DNA of 64,000 nucleotides from Burkholderiaceae bacterium (GTDB lineage Bacteria > Pseudomonadota > Gammaproteobacteria > Burkholderiales > Burkholderiaceae): NCBI GenBank assembly GCA_023266335.1, contig JAHFQJ010000001.1, positions 17,364-81,363 of the forward strand. Reading direction: 5' to 3'. Under the pieces are notes generated by a model. The model worked only from the letters and a program-made list of their open reading frames with translations, did not search any database and was not told the DNA's origin. The position numbers and the translations under genes are program-made. Numbering within the stretch: the first letter of the stretch is position 1; the number at the start of each line of letters is the position of its first letter. Positions 20,800-31,913 of this stretch are shown one piece after another.

Positions 20800-21585
20800 T
20801 TACACCCCATATATCTGAGCAATACTGTCAATATCTATATCACTTAATTCATCAGCTTTCTCTTGTGCTTCGGTAAAATTAACTGCACCAGTATAAATCG
20901 CTTTACCGCAAATTACGCCGGCAATTCCTTCAGATTGAAACTTACACAAATTTTCTATATCTTCAATTTTAGCTAACCCGCCGCTGGCAATAATAGGTAT
21001 ATTTACATTTCTAGCAAGATCTACCGTAGATTCAATATTTATGCCCTGAAGCATGCCGTCTCTGCCGATGTCAGTATAAATAATACTATTGACACCGTAA
21101 TCTTCAAATCTTTTAGCAACATCTATAACACTGTATTTACTTAGTTTTGCCCAGCCGTCAGTGGCTGCCATACCATCTTTTGCATCAATACCGACCATAA
21201 TATGACCCGGAAATACTTGGCAGGCTTCCTTCAAAAAAATTGGGTCTTTGACTGCGGCTGTACCAATAATTACAGAATGTATGCCTGCATCCAGCCAATA
21301 TTCAATCGTTTTTAAATCCCGAATTCCGCCGCCAAGCTGTACAGGGATATACTCATCAGTTTCTTTAGTTACATCGAGTATTTCTAAAATAGCTTCTTTA
21401 TTTTGGGTAGAGCCGGCAAATGCACCGTTTAAATCAACTAAATGCAACGCCCTAGCCCCCATTTTCTGCCATTTTATAGCTATAACACTGGGTTCATTTG
21501 AGAAAACAATACTTTTATCCATATTGCCTTGCTCTAGTCTTACACATTCCCCATTTTTTAAATCTATTGCTGGTATTAGTAGCAT
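20800..21585 (-). CDS. hisA: 1-(5-phosphoribosyl)-5-[(5-phosphoribosylamino)methylideneamino]imidazole-4-carboxamide isomerase
   Basis: Motifs [37 protein letters not shown]. 261 aa with a short acidic C-terminal extension. Confidence 0.9.
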   Translation of the reverse strand: MLLIPAIDLKNGECVRLEQGNMDKSIVFSNEPSVIAIKWQKMGARALHLVDLNGAFAGSTQNKEAILEILDVTKETDEYIPVQLGGGIRDLKTIEYWLDAGIHSVIIGTAAVKDPIFLKEACQVFPGHIMVGIDAKDGMAATDGWAKLSKYSVIDVAKRFEDYGVNSIIYTDIGRDGMLQGINIESTVDLARNVNIPIIASGGLAKIEDIENLCKFQSEGIAGVICGKAIYTGAVNFTEAQEKADELSDIDIDSIAQIYGV

Positions 21586-21597
21586 TTTATCCTCTTA

Positions 21598-22272
21598 TCA
21601 TGCTAAATTAATGAAGTTTCTATATAACTGCAACCCAACTTCTGCACTTTTTTCCGGATGAAATTGAGTTGCAATAATATTCTGGTATGCGACTGCACAT
21701 GCAAATTCTATTCCATAATTACAAGATGCTATTGCATAATTCTGCGTTTGCTGATCAATTGGTAAATAATAACTATGAATAAAATAAAAATAACTATCAT
21801 CTTGTATATTTCCCCAAATCTTTGAAGAATTTGGTTTTATTTTTATCGTATTCCACCCCATATGCGGTATTTTATAAACATCCATAGGTTGAGTATGTTT
21901 TATATCCTGCACATCAAATTTTTTTATTTTACCTTTTAAAATCCCTAATCCTAATGTAGGAATTATATTTCCATGGTTATCTTTTTTGCCTTCATCGCTT
22001 TGTTCAAATAACATTTGCATGCCGACACAAATTCCAAGAGTTGGTACTTTTTTGTTTAATATTACATTAAGCAAAGAGTCTTTTAAATTTGAATATTTTA
22101 ATGCCTTCATACAATCCGCCATGCCGCCTTGCCCAGGTAAAATTATATGAGAAGCTTTTTCTAATTCAGATGCTTCACTGCTTATTTTAATATTGCTATT
22201 AGGTGCCGCATATTGCAATGCTCTTTTTACAGAATGAAGATTTCCCATACCGTAATCAACAATAATTATCAT
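21598..22272 (-). CDS. hisH: imidazole glycerol phosphate synthase, glutamine amidotransferase subunit
   Basis: Class I GATase with LGICVGMQMLF (nucleophile Cys) and FHPEKS. The start overlaps the hisB stop by 1 nt (TAATG). Confidence 0.9.
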   Translation of the reverse strand: MIIIVDYGMGNLHSVKRALQYAAPNSNIKISSEASELEKASHIILPGQGGMADCMKALKYSNLKDSLLNVILNKKVPTLGICVGMQMLFEQSDEGKKDNHGNIIPTLGLGILKGKIKKFDVQDIKHTQPMDVYKIPHMGWNTIKIKPNSSKIWGNIQDDSYFYFIHSYYLPIDQQTQNYAIASCNYGIEFACAVAYQNIIATQFHPEKSAEVGLQLYRNFINLA

Positions 22273-22871
22273 TATAGTAATTCTTTTGTAGAAGGTAAAA
22301 TATTATTTGCACGTTTGTCAATAGTTGTTGCCATACGCAGTGCTTTACCAAAAGCCTTAAAAATAGTCTCACACTGATGATGGGCATTAATGCCTTTTAA
22401 GTTATCAATATGCAGGGTTGCTAATGCATGATTAACAAAGCCGCGAAAAAATTCTATGGTTAAATCAACATCAAAATTCCCAATTCTTGCTCTTGTAAAA
22501 TTTACATCAAACTGCAGTAAAGGACGTCCGGAAAGATCTAAAACTACCCTTGAAAGAGCCTCATCTAAAGGTATATAACTATGCCCATAACGCATAATGC
22601 CTTTTTTGCTTCCCAATGCTTGACTAAATGCCTGCCCTAGTGTTATGCCTACATCTTCAACCGTGTGATGATCATCAATATAGGTATCACCTTTTGCCTG
22701 AATATCTAAGTCAAATAAACCATGTCTTGCTATTTGGTCAAGCATATGATCTAAAAAAGGTACACCCGTATTTAATTTTGATTTACCATTTCCATCGAGG
22801 TTAATGGTTATTTCTATTTGAGTTTCTGCCGTATTTCTTATAACAGTTGCTGTTCTCATATTTAGCTTCAT
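22272..22871 (-). CDS. hisB: imidazoleglycerol-phosphate dehydratase (monofunctional)
   Basis: Motifs [14 protein letters not shown] and [15 protein letters not shown]. About 195 aa. Confidence 0.92.
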   Translation of the reverse strand: MKLNMRTATVIRNTAETQIEITINLDGNGKSKLNTGVPFLDHMLDQIARHGLFDLDIQAKGDTYIDDHHTVEDVGITLGQAFSQALGSKKGIMRYGHSYIPLDEALSRVVLDLSGRPLLQFDVNFTRARIGNFDVDLTIEFFRGFVNHALATLHIDNLKGINAHHQCETIFKAFGKALRMATTIDKRANNILPSTKELL

Positions 22872-23017
22872 TTTTTAGAATTTTGATTTATTTAATTGTA
22901 TCTGCAGTACTTTAGTTTATGTTTACTCAAAAAATAGTGCATACAATACACATAGGTAAACCTTTAAGTAATATTTTAGCTGTAATGCAAACATAAATTC
23001 AAGTGAGTGATTATATG

Positions 23018-24295
23018 TTATTCTTTTATTCTTTGAATATCAGCCCCTAAAATACCTAATTTATCTTCTATATGGCTGTAGCCTCTATCAAGGTGATATA
23101 TTCTTTCAATAATTGTCGTATCTTGATGAGCAGCCAGTGCGGCGATTACTAAGCAGGCAGAGGCTCTTAAGTCTGTTGCCATAACGGTTGCTCCCTGCAG
23201 TTCATGTACTCCATTTACAAACGCAACTTTACCATCTATGTGAATATTAGCACCAAGCCTTGCTAATTCTTGTACATGCATAAAACGATTTTCAAAAATA
23301 GTTTCACTGATTGTACTAGCACCTGTTGATATGCAGTTTAATGCCATAAATTGAGCTTGCATATCTGTCGGAAAACCCGGATATTCTGTTGTTTTTATGT
23401 TAACAGGTTTCGGTCTTTTATCCATTTTTGCATGAATTATATTATCTTCAATGCTTATTTCTAATCCGGCTTCGATTAATTTATCTAACACTGCATCTAA
23501 GGTGGTGGGCTGTGTATGAGTAATTGTAATTTCTCCTCCGGCAGCAGCAACAGCACATAAAAATGTACCTGTTTCTATACGGTCTGGCATAATTTTATGT
23601 TCAGTGCCATGCAGTTTTTCTACGCCTTCAATGATAAGGCAGTCTGTACCAATTCCTTGTATTTTCGCTCCCATTTTAACCAGCATATTAGCTAAATCAG
23701 CTACTTCAGGCTCTCTAGCTGCATTTTCTAATATGGTCCTGCCGTTTGCTAAACAGGCTGCCATCAATAAATTTTCAGTGCCTGTAACTGTAATCATATC
23801 TGTTACAATTTTTGCACCTTGTAATTTTTTATCCAAGTTATGTATTGAGGCATTAATATCGCCATGAGCAATTTCTATATGAGCCTGCATAGCCTGCAAA
23901 CCTTTGATATGCTGGTCTACTGGTCTTGCCCCTATAGCACATCCGCCTGGTAATGATACAACTGCATGTCCGCATCTTGCTAATAGAGGTCCTAATACTA
24001 AAATACTTGCTCTCATTTTTTTTACTAGGTCGTAATTTGCAATCGGAGATTTAATATTTTTAGCTGTAAGGGTAATATTTTCAGGGTCGTGAGGATTAAA
24101 CTCTACATTTACCCCAATTTGCTGTAATACTTTTATTAGCGTATTTACATCGTGCAATGCTGGCACATTATGCAAAATTACTGGTTCATCGGTAAGAAGT
24201 GCTGCGCATAAAATAGGTAAAGCAGCATTTTTTGCCCCAGATATTTTTACGCTGCCAAATAATTTTTTACCACCCTCAATTTTTAGCTTATCCAT
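23018..24295 (-). CDS. murA: UDP-N-acetylglucosamine 1-carboxyvinyltransferase
   Basis: 425 aa with [10 protein letters not shown] and [16 protein letters not shown] (active-site Cys loop). Confidence 0.95.
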   Translation of the reverse strand: MDKLKIEGGKKLFGSVKISGAKNAALPILCAALLTDEPVILHNVPALHDVNTLIKVLQQIGVNVEFNPHDPENITLTAKNIKSPIANYDLVKKMRASILVLGPLLARCGHAVVSLPGGCAIGARPVDQHIKGLQAMQAHIEIAHGDINASIHNLDKKLQGAKIVTDMITVTGTENLLMAACLANGRTILENAAREPEVADLANMLVKMGAKIQGIGTDCLIIEGVEKLHGTEHKIMPDRIETGTFLCAVAAAGGEITITHTQPTTLDAVLDKLIEAGLEISIEDNIIHAKMDKRPKPVNIKTTEYPGFPTDMQAQFMALNCISTGASTISETIFENRFMHVQELARLGANIHIDGKVAFVNGVHELQGATVMATDLRASACLVIAALAAHQDTTIIERIYHLDRGYSHIEDKLGILGADIQRIKE

Positions 24296-24539
24296 TATTT
24301 TGCTTTTCCCATTCGCTTGGAGTTAATGTTTTCATACTTAAGGCATGGATTTCCTGCTTCATTCTTTCACCTAAACATGCATAAACTATCTGATGTCTTT
24401 GAATACGGGTTTTATTTTCAAATGCATGACTAATTATAGTTGCAAAAAAATGCTGTCCATCTCCTTCAACAGTTATATGTTCACATTCTAAATTATTAAC
24501 AATATCTTTTTTTATACTTTCGGGAGTTGGTAAATTCAT
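24288..24539 (-). CDS. ibaG: BolA-family protein (IbaG/YrbA-like)
   Basis: 83-aa BolA-like ORF that overlaps the murA start by 8 nt. This is the ibaG-murA arrangement known from E. coli and relatives. Confidence 0.7.
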   Translation of the reverse strand: MNLPTPESIKKDIVNNLECEHITVEGDGQHFFATIISHAFENKTRIQRHQIVYACLGERMKQEIHALSMKTLTPSEWEKQNNG

Positions 24540-24597
24540 ATTATTCTATTTTACTTATTTTGAGCAATTTAGGTATTTTAGCATATTTTTATAATTG

Positions 24598-25590
24598 TTA
24601 ACTATTATCATTTAAATATCTTAAAATATCAGCTAAATCTTTAAATTCAGCATATTTATGTGCAATTGCAGTTGTATATTTAAGCACTAAAGGCAAATCA
24701 TTTAAATAACCGGATTTGCCGTCACGGTGATACAATCTGGCAAAAATACCCAACACCTTTAAATGTCTCTGCAAGCCCATTAATTCATAGTCAATTTTAA
24801 AATTTTCAAAATCGCCTAATGCTAATCCTTTTTTAGCAGCATTTTCCCAATATTTTGATAGTAATTCATCATGTTGCTCTGGTTCAAGTTCTATATATGC
24901 ATCTTTTAATAAAGAAACTAAATCATAAGTGATAGCTCCATACAATGCATCTTGAAAATCAATAATGCCAAAATGATACTGTGAATTATTATTAATTTTC
25001 ATAATATTACGTGAATGGTAATCTCTATGCACATAAACTTTAGCTTGTGCTAAATTATTTTTTAATATTTTTTGATAAATTACTTCAAGTTTATTTTTTT
25101 GTTCATCTGTTAATGCTTTATTACAATGTTTTGGTGCATACCATTCATTAAATAAATAAATTTCCTGTTTTAACTTTGCTTCGTCATAATCAAGTAAAAT
25201 ATTTGGCTTACTGCTTAATTGTAAATCTATTAAAATATTGCATATTTCTATATATTCCGCTGTGTTAATTTTATTTTCTGCCTGAATAGATTTAAATAAG
25301 GTTGTATCTCCAAAATCACTTAATAATAAAAATCCTTGTTCTAAATTTTGCGCAAATATATGCGGAACATTAATACTAGGTTCAAAAATTTTGGTAATGT
25401 TGATAAAATCTGTACAATTTTCATGTGGAGGCGGTGCATCCATAATTATATAACTGGAATTTTTACCCTGAATTCTAAAATAACTTCTAAAACTTGCATC
25501 GCTTGAGGCTATTGTAAGACTAGAAATATCTAATCCATAATGTGTATTATTAACTTGAGCTATCCAATTTTGTAATTCTAATGTTCTCAT
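24598..25590 (-). CDS. aminoglycoside-phosphotransferase-fold kinase (AmgK-like MurNAc/GlcNAc kinase candidate)
   Basis: 330 aa. Catalytic loop VHRDYHSRNIM (HxDxxxxN) and IIDFQDA (DFG-like). Confidence 0.65.
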   Translation of the reverse strand: MRTLELQNWIAQVNNTHYGLDISSLTIASSDASFRSYFRIQGKNSSYIIMDAPPPHENCTDFINITKIFEPSINVPHIFAQNLEQGFLLLSDFGDTTLFKSIQAENKINTAEYIEICNILIDLQLSSKPNILLDYDEAKLKQEIYLFNEWYAPKHCNKALTDEQKNKLEVIYQKILKNNLAQAKVYVHRDYHSRNIMKINNNSQYHFGIIDFQDALYGAITYDLVSLLKDAYIELEPEQHDELLSKYWENAAKKGLALGDFENFKIDYELMGLQRHLKVLGIFARLYHRDGKSGYLNDLPLVLKYTTAIAHKYAEFKDLADILRYLNDNS

Positions 25591-25657
25591 GTGCTGTTTA
25601 ATTCTATTTATATGGTATAAAATTATAATTTAGCACCTATTTAAATATCAAGGTCAA

Positions 25658-27760
25658 ATGTCTGAATTTAGTAAAATATTACCCATAAAAAAAATTCATA
25701 AAAAAATATCTTTGCTGCCGAATTTATTAATTTCACAAATTGCAGCCGGCGAAGTGATTGAAAGACCATCATCGATTGTTAAAGAATTAATTGAAAATTC
25801 AATAGATGCAGGCAGTACAAAAATTGAAATTAAGCTTGAGAACGGCGGTATAGACAGCATTATTATTCAGGATAACGGAAGCGGCATATGTGCTGAAGAA
25901 TTGCCTTTTGCATTAATGAGACATGCAACAAGCAAAATTAGTAATTTAGCTGATTTAGATAATATAAATACCTTAGGCTTTAGAGGTGAGGCATTAGCTG
26001 CAATATCTGCAATTGCACATGTTACTTTAAAAAGTAAAACCCAAGATGAAGCTCATGGTTTTAGCGTAAATGCTCATGATTTAGAACATTATCTTAGCGA
26101 ATCAAAAATTAATCTGATATTAGAAAATCCCATTCTGCTGCACGAAATATTAATTCCTTGTAATATGGCAAGCGGAACTCATATTCAAATTAATGATATT
26201 TTTTTCCGCACCCCAGCTCGGCGTAAATTTTTAAAAAGCGCCCAGACAGAATGGGGGCATTGCTTAGATATTGCCCGTAAATTAGCACTACTAAATCCGA
26301 ATATTCATTTTGAAATTAGCCATAACAATAAAATTTCTCATATATTTCCAATTTGCTCCATTCATGAAAGAGTAGCGGCTTTTGTAGGAGAGCATTTTAT
26401 TCAAAATGCTTCAGTGATTGAACATAGCACCGGTACGTATCAATTGTTAGCTTTTCTTGGCTCGCCTCTTATTGCAGCAGAACGTTCTCAAATTCAGCAC
26501 AGCATAGTTAATAATAGATTTGTTAAAGATAAAATAGTGTCGCATGCATTAAAAGCCGCTTATAAAGATATTCTGCATGGACAAAAACAGCCACAGTATT
26601 TATTGTATTTTAATTTACCGACTAATGAATTAGATGTAAATGTTCATCCGTGTAAATCTGAAGTTAGGTTTAAAAATAGCCAAAATGTCCATCAATTTTT
26701 ATATCATACCATTGAGCCTCATTTAAGTAAAAGCATGCAAAGTTTAGCTTTGGAGCAAAAGCAGGAAAAATTATTAGCGGATAATTTAAACGATAATTCC
26801 CAGCCTAATGATTCTAATCCATTTAATCCATCAACTAGCCTGTTATCTGACGACAAGTTTTCTAATGATAATTATCATGCAAGAAATAATCCGTTAAATT
26901 ACAGTAATCATAGAACAGAATCAAATCAGAATAAGCAAAAACACAATCCATGGTTAACTTTAGAACAGCCTAAATACCCAATGATGCCTAATTTTGATGT
27001 TAATTTAAATACTAATAATAATGAATTAATTGAAGGTAAAAAAGAAAATCAAAATTCTAATTCAGATGATGCGGATAATTTAAAATTTAATTCTCAGACA
27101 AGTATTAAAACTATGTTTGAACATGCCAAACTTAATTTAGATAATATAAATCAAACTCCAAGTTTAGGGTTTGCCATCGGGCAATTACATAATATCTATA
27201 TTTTATCGCAAAATCAGCTTGGATTAATTATAGTGGATATGCACGCTGCTCATGAAAGAGTTTTATATGAAAATTTGAAGCAGCAAATGCAAGATAAAAT
27301 CAGTGTTCAGCATTTGCTCATTCCGCATATTGTGCGCTTAGATGATGTGAAGTTAGCAAAAATTGCCGAACAACAAAATAATTTAGAAAAATTAGGATTT
27401 ATCACAGAATTATTTGTACAAAAACTTGAATTACACGTGTTTAGTTTGCCTCAATTATTAGATAAAAATTCTATTAAAGAGCTGATACACAATGTTATTG
27501 ATGATTTATTAGATGATAATTTTTCAGATATTAACGCCATTACTCATAATTTAAGCGAGCAGCAAAAACATCAAATTTTATCGACTATGGCATGCCATAA
27601 AGCCGTTAGAGCAAATCATAAACTAAGCATTTCTGAAATGAATGCTCTTTTACGCTCAATTGAAATAACTGAAAAAGGCAGTTTTTGTAATCATGGACGC
27701 CCCACTTGGATACAGTTACCGCTTAATTTTTTAGATAAGTTATTTATGCGGGGGGAATAG
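25658..27760 (+). CDS. mutL: DNA mismatch repair protein MutL
   Basis: GHKL ATPase motifs QIAAGEVIERPSSIVKELIENSIDAG and LGFRGEALAAISA, plus C-terminal MACHKAVRANHKLS. The linker is long and N/S/Q-rich. Confidence 0.93.
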   Translation: MSEFSKILPIKKIHKKISLLPNLLISQIAAGEVIERPSSIVKELIENSIDAGSTKIEIKLENGGIDSIIIQDNGSGICAEELPFALMRHATSKISNLADLDNINTLGFRGEALAAISAIAHVTLKSKTQDEAHGFSVNAHDLEHYLSESKINLILENPILLHEILIPCNMASGTHIQINDIFFRTPARRKFLKSAQTEWGHCLDIARKLALLNPNIHFEISHNNKISHIFPICSIHERVAAFVGEHFIQNASVIEHSTGTYQLLAFLGSPLIAAERSQIQHSIVNNRFVKDKIVSHALKAAYKDILHGQKQPQYLLYFNLPTNELDVNVHPCKSEVRFKNSQNVHQFLYHTIEPHLSKSMQSLALEQKQEKLLADNLNDNSQPNDSNPFNPSTSLLSDDKFSNDNYHARNNPLNYSNHRTESNQNKQKHNPWLTLEQPKYPMMPNFDVNLNTNNNELIEGKKENQNSNSDDADNLKFNSQTSIKTMFEHAKLNLDNINQTPSLGFAIGQLHNIYILSQNQLGLIIVDMHAAHERVLYENLKQQMQDKISVQHLLIPHIVRLDDVKLAKIAEQQNNLEKLGFITELFVQKLELHVFSLPQLLDKNSIKELIHNVIDDLLDDNFSDINAITHNLSEQQKHQILSTMACHKAVRANHKLSISEMNALLRSIEITEKGSFCNHGRPTWIQLPLNFLDKLFMRGE

Positions 27761-27761
27761 C

Positions 27762-28703
27762 TTGATTAGAACAAATATTTTCTGCATTTTAGGACCAACT
27801 GCCAGCGGCAAAACAGCTTTATCTATAAGCTTGGCTCATTATGTTAAAGAAAAATATAATTTAGATGTTGAAATTATCAGCTTGGATTCTGCTTTAGTGT
27901 ATCAAGATATGAATATTGGCACAGCTAAGCCAAATTTGCAGGAAAGAGGCGGTATTCCACATCATTTAATTGATATTTTAGCGCCAACTCATAATTATAA
28001 TGCCGGAGAATTTCTGCAGGATATAGATAAAATAATTGATGACTGCCGCACCAGAAATAAACTGCCTATAATTGCGGGCGGTACTATGTTATATCATCAT
28101 ATCCTCACGCATGGTTTACATGATATACCCAATCAGAATTTAGCAATACGGCAGCAAATTAATGAGCAGGCACAAATAAACGGCTGGAATTTTATGCATG
28201 ATAAACTTATGCAGATAGATGCTAAAAGTGCAGAAAATATTAAACCTAGTGATAGTCAGCGCATTCAAAGAGCTTTGGAAATTTATTATATAAGCGGTAA
28301 AACACCATCATATTTTTATAATCAGCAACGTAAAAGTAAATATAATTTAACTAATATTGCTTTAATGCCGACGCGGGAATTACTCCATAAAAAAATTGAA
28401 CAAAGATTTTATTTAATGCTGGAACAAGGTTTTATACAAGAAGTAGAAAATTTATTAACTAAATATCCGAGTTTAAATATGGAAAATAGCTCAATGCGTT
28501 GTGTTGGCTACCGCCAAGCTTATGAATATTTAAATAATAATATAAGTTATCAGCAATTTATTGATATGGGAATTGCCGCCACACGCCAGCTTGCTAAACG
28601 GCAAATTACATGGCTTAGAAAAACAGACTGCTGCATTATAGATTATAATTTAGATAATGCTTTAGAATTACTTATAGGTAATTTTGATGCCTATTATAGC
28701 TGA
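27762..28703 (+). CDS. miaA: tRNA dimethylallyltransferase
   Basis: P-loop ILGPTASGKTALS and IAGGTMLY. The TTG start lies 1 nt after the mutL stop, giving the conserved mutL-miaA order. Confidence 0.9.
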   Translation: MIRTNIFCILGPTASGKTALSISLAHYVKEKYNLDVEIISLDSALVYQDMNIGTAKPNLQERGGIPHHLIDILAPTHNYNAGEFLQDIDKIIDDCRTRNKLPIIAGGTMLYHHILTHGLHDIPNQNLAIRQQINEQAQINGWNFMHDKLMQIDAKSAENIKPSDSQRIQRALEIYYISGKTPSYFYNQQRKSKYNLTNIALMPTRELLHKKIEQRFYLMLEQGFIQEVENLLTKYPSLNMENSSMRCVGYRQAYEYLNNNISYQQFIDMGIAATRQLAKRQITWLRKTDCCIIDYNLDNALELLIGNFDAYYS

Positions 28704-28732
28704 TTTATACTAACAAACAACAATATTTAATC

Positions 28733-29617
28733 TTAATTTTTTAAATTTTTCTCAAGAAAATCCAGCATGATTTTTTGATATTCCTTGCCGGTTTCTAAGA
28801 AAAAAGCTTTTATATGACCGCCCCTAACAGGAATGAAAGTTTTTGGCTGTTTTGCTTTCTCATACAGCATTTCACCATGGCGGTAATTTATGACTTCATC
28901 ATTTACACCATGCATTATCATAAGCGGTATGGGACTTATTTTATCAATAAAATTTGCTGGGCTATAGCTGTCATCAACAAATAATCCGCTAAATTTATAA
29001 TAATCTTCAGCAATTTTACTATATGAATAAAACCCGCCCTCTAAAATGACGCCTTTAATATTAATATGAGATTTATTTTGATTAATAGCATTAAGGGCAG
29101 ATGATACGCCGATACTTTGACCTAAAACAAAAATTTTATTCACATCAATATCTTGTCTGGAATGTAAATAATTTAGCGCACTTACACCATCTTCATAAAA
29201 ACCTTTTAATGTTGTTATCTTACCTTGGGATTTGCCGTATCCTCTATAATCAAAAACAAAAACATTGTAGCCATGTTCCGGAAGCCACTCAACAAGCTGC
29301 CAATTTGAAGATAAATTTTGTGAGTTTCCATGAAATTGAATCACACTAGCTTTGGCATTTATTGCATTTTGATTTTTAGCTGGTATAAACCAAGCATGCA
29401 GCTTTGTGCCGTCAGTACTTTTAAAATATATATCTTCATATTTTAATTTTTTACGTTTTGGTGAATCATATTCAATATTATCCGGTGCAAAAAAGAAATG
29501 TATTTGTGCATATGTTTTTAGCCAATAAATAATAGCCAAAACAATTATAAAAAGTAAAATAAAATAACGTAATTTATATATACACGCCATTGAATTTATA
29601 CCTGTGCTGCTGTTCAA
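28733..29617 (-). CDS. alpha/beta-fold hydrolase with N-terminal membrane anchor
   Basis: 294 aa. GxSxG nucleophile elbow VLGQSIGVSSA. Late D/H candidates are MHGVNDEV and RGGHIKAF. Confidence 0.7.
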   Translation of the reverse strand: MNSSTGINSMACIYKLRYFILLFIIVLAIIYWLKTYAQIHFFFAPDNIEYDSPKRKKLKYEDIYFKSTDGTKLHAWFIPAKNQNAINAKASVIQFHGNSQNLSSNWQLVEWLPEHGYNVFVFDYRGYGKSQGKITTLKGFYEDGVSALNYLHSRQDIDVNKIFVLGQSIGVSSALNAINQNKSHINIKGVILEGGFYSYSKIAEDYYKFSGLFVDDSYSPANFIDKISPIPLMIMHGVNDEVINYRHGEMLYEKAKQPKTFIPVRGGHIKAFFLETGKEYQKIMLDFLEKNLKN

Positions 29618-29623
29618 ATTAAT

Positions 29624-30274
29624 TTAACTTCCCCCAATTAAAGTTTTAATACCGGAATAAACAAATTGTACACCTACGCAAATTAATAAAAACCCCATTA
29701 ATCTAGTCGTTACTTCCATGCCGTCTTTGCCTAAAATTCTTGCAATTATTTTACATGTACGCAATACAATCCATACCACTGCACAGGATAATGCCATACT
29801 GCAGATAGTCGCAGAATATGCCATAACTTTTAATGGTATGGTTTTTAATTCAGCAATTTCTGTAGAAATACCGATAATTACTGCAATTGTTCCGGGACCA
29901 CTGATTGATGGCAATGCTAGCGGAAAAAAAGCATAATCATTATTACTGCTTTCCGGAGAAAAGTTAGCATCGCTAGTTTGAAAAAGCATTTTATAGCCTA
30001 ATAATGCAATAGTAAATCCACCGGAAATACGTAATGCACCATACGAAATACCAAAAATATCTAAAATTAATGCACCGATAAATAGTGTAGTAACCATAAT
30101 TCCAAATGCATAAATACACGCTCTTCGGGCAAGAATATGCTTTTTATCATCTCCCATAGCCTTGGTTAAGGTGATAAATAAAGGAACTTTAGATAAAGGG
30201 TTAGTGATAGTAATTAGGCTTAAAATTCCGCCAAATAAAAAATGATTTGCAATGGTTAGTAACGTCATGGTCAT
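29624..30274 (-). CDS. MarC-family (UPF0056) integral membrane protein
   Basis: 216-aa polytopic ORF. The N-terminal ...NPLSKVPLFITLT motif is typical of MarC proteins. Confidence 0.7.
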   Translation of the reverse strand: MTMTLLTIANHFLFGGILSLITITNPLSKVPLFITLTKAMGDDKKHILARRACIYAFGIMVTTLFIGALILDIFGISYGALRISGGFTIALLGYKMLFQTSDANFSPESSNNDYAFFPLALPSISGPGTIAVIIGISTEIAELKTIPLKVMAYSATICSMALSCAVVWIVLRTCKIIARILGKDGMEVTTRLMGFLLICVGVQFVYSGIKTLIGGS

Positions 30275-30335
30275 GTGTTTATCTTGTATTATTTAAATTT
30301 ATTGTATAATCGAAAATATTAATTCAGTTTTTAGT

Positions 30336-30423
30336 TACACTAATTGCAGTTCATTTTACGGCGAGGCGGCAGGAATAAATTTTGACTGCAGCGAAGTTCG
30401 CAAATTGAAATCCAATTAGTATA
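30336..30423 (-). repeat. MITE-like dispersed repeat, family A
   Basis: tacactaattgcagttcattttacggcgaggcggcaggaataaattttgactgcagcgaagttcgcaaattgaaatccaattagtata. It ends 38 bp before the tilS start. Confidence 0.75.
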
Positions 30424-30461
30424 GATTAGCTCATTCAATTAACCACTAAACATACCATAGA

Positions 30462-31892
30462 ATGAATATACGTGCAAATAAATGTAAAGTTGAACAAAGT
30501 GTAGATTTTTTTTTTACTGATTTAGAAAAGAAATATTCGCATTTGCTTTCAAAAACTATACATATGCCTAATAATTTATACATAGCCTATAGCGGAGGTA
30601 TAGATTCTACCGTATTACTATATAGTGTGTTTAATTATATTCATAAAAATTGTACGGATTATGCAGATAAAATAAAAATTATTCCAGTTCATATTCATCA
30701 TGGCATTAGTCAATATGCTGATGATTGGCTAAATCATAGTATAAATTTTGCTGAAAAATTAGGCCTAGAATTAGTTTTTCATAAAGTGAATATCAAACAA
30801 TTGAGCAAAGAGCTAGGTATAGAGGCAGCGGCAAGAGAATTGAGATATGAAGCAATTAATAAAACTGCCCAAAATAATTTAGTTTTATTAGGACAGCATG
30901 CTCAAGATCAGCTTGAAACTTTTATTTTACAGTGGCAGCGCGGAAGCGGAATTGATGGTTTAAGCGGTATGCCCTATTTTCATTATAAACAAACTACACC
31001 TTATTGCCGTCCATTTTTAAATTTAGATAAAAAAAATATCACTGAATATGCTAAAAAGCATAATTTAATCTGGATTGAAGATGATAGCAATAGCGATGAA
31101 AGTTATAAAAGGAATGGCGTAAGAATAAAAATTTTACCTAATTTTAAACAAGGTGAATTGGAGCCGATGTTGCGCAGCATTAAACTGCTGCAGATACAAA
31201 AATCTATTTTGGATCAATATCTGGAAAATGATTTAACAAAAATGAGATATGATAAAAGCTTACCTGTTATTTATTCAGGCAGCACTTTACTCAACAATTA
31301 TTTTAATCAAAATATAAAAATAAATATAGAAAATATATCAGAAAATCAAAATTTAATTTTTCCTCTTTCTCATCAAAAGCTTAAATCAATTTTTTTAAAT
31401 AATTATGAACACGGATTGTTATTATTACGCTATTGGCTAAAATTAAATGGTTTACACATACCAAGTTATAAAGAAGTTCACAGCTTGATTCAGCAATTAG
31501 GTTTAGAATTTGAAGAAAACTTAAATACAGAGCTTAAGAATTTAGAAATTTGCATTAAATATGATAATAATTATATAACTTTATATCATGATTTATTAGT
31601 AATTTATAAATATATTTACTTGTTAGATAATGATAAAAATATCAAAAATAATCAAAATGAACAAGAGCAACAATATATTTTTAATTTAAATAATCAAAAC
31701 TATAACTATAATCCAAAAAAATATGCAATAATTGCCCCAAGCCAATCTTTAAAATTATCTATACCAAAACGCCCAACTAAAACTTTAAAACATATATTTC
31801 AAGAACAAAAAATTTCTCCATGGCTGCGCGGGTTTTCAGTTATTTGTGATGAAAATGGCTATGTTATCTATCATCCATATTTATATATATAA
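30462..31892 (+). CDS. tilS: tRNA(Ile)-lysidine synthase
   Basis: PP-loop YIAYSGGIDSTVLL. 476 aa with an N/Q/I-rich insertion before the C-terminal domain. Confidence 0.88.
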   Translation: MNIRANKCKVEQSVDFFFTDLEKKYSHLLSKTIHMPNNLYIAYSGGIDSTVLLYSVFNYIHKNCTDYADKIKIIPVHIHHGISQYADDWLNHSINFAEKLGLELVFHKVNIKQLSKELGIEAAARELRYEAINKTAQNNLVLLGQHAQDQLETFILQWQRGSGIDGLSGMPYFHYKQTTPYCRPFLNLDKKNITEYAKKHNLIWIEDDSNSDESYKRNGVRIKILPNFKQGELEPMLRSIKLLQIQKSILDQYLENDLTKMRYDKSLPVIYSGSTLLNNYFNQNIKINIENISENQNLIFPLSHQKLKSIFLNNYEHGLLLLRYWLKLNGLHIPSYKEVHSLIQQLGLEFEENLNTELKNLEICIKYDNNYITLYHDLLVIYKYIYLLDNDKNIKNNQNEQEQQYIFNLNNQNYNYNPKKYAIIAPSQSLKLSIPKRPTKTLKHIFQEQKISPWLRGFSVICDENGYVIYHPYLYI

Positions 31893-31913
31893 AAATATGC
31901 GGCATAATTTAAA

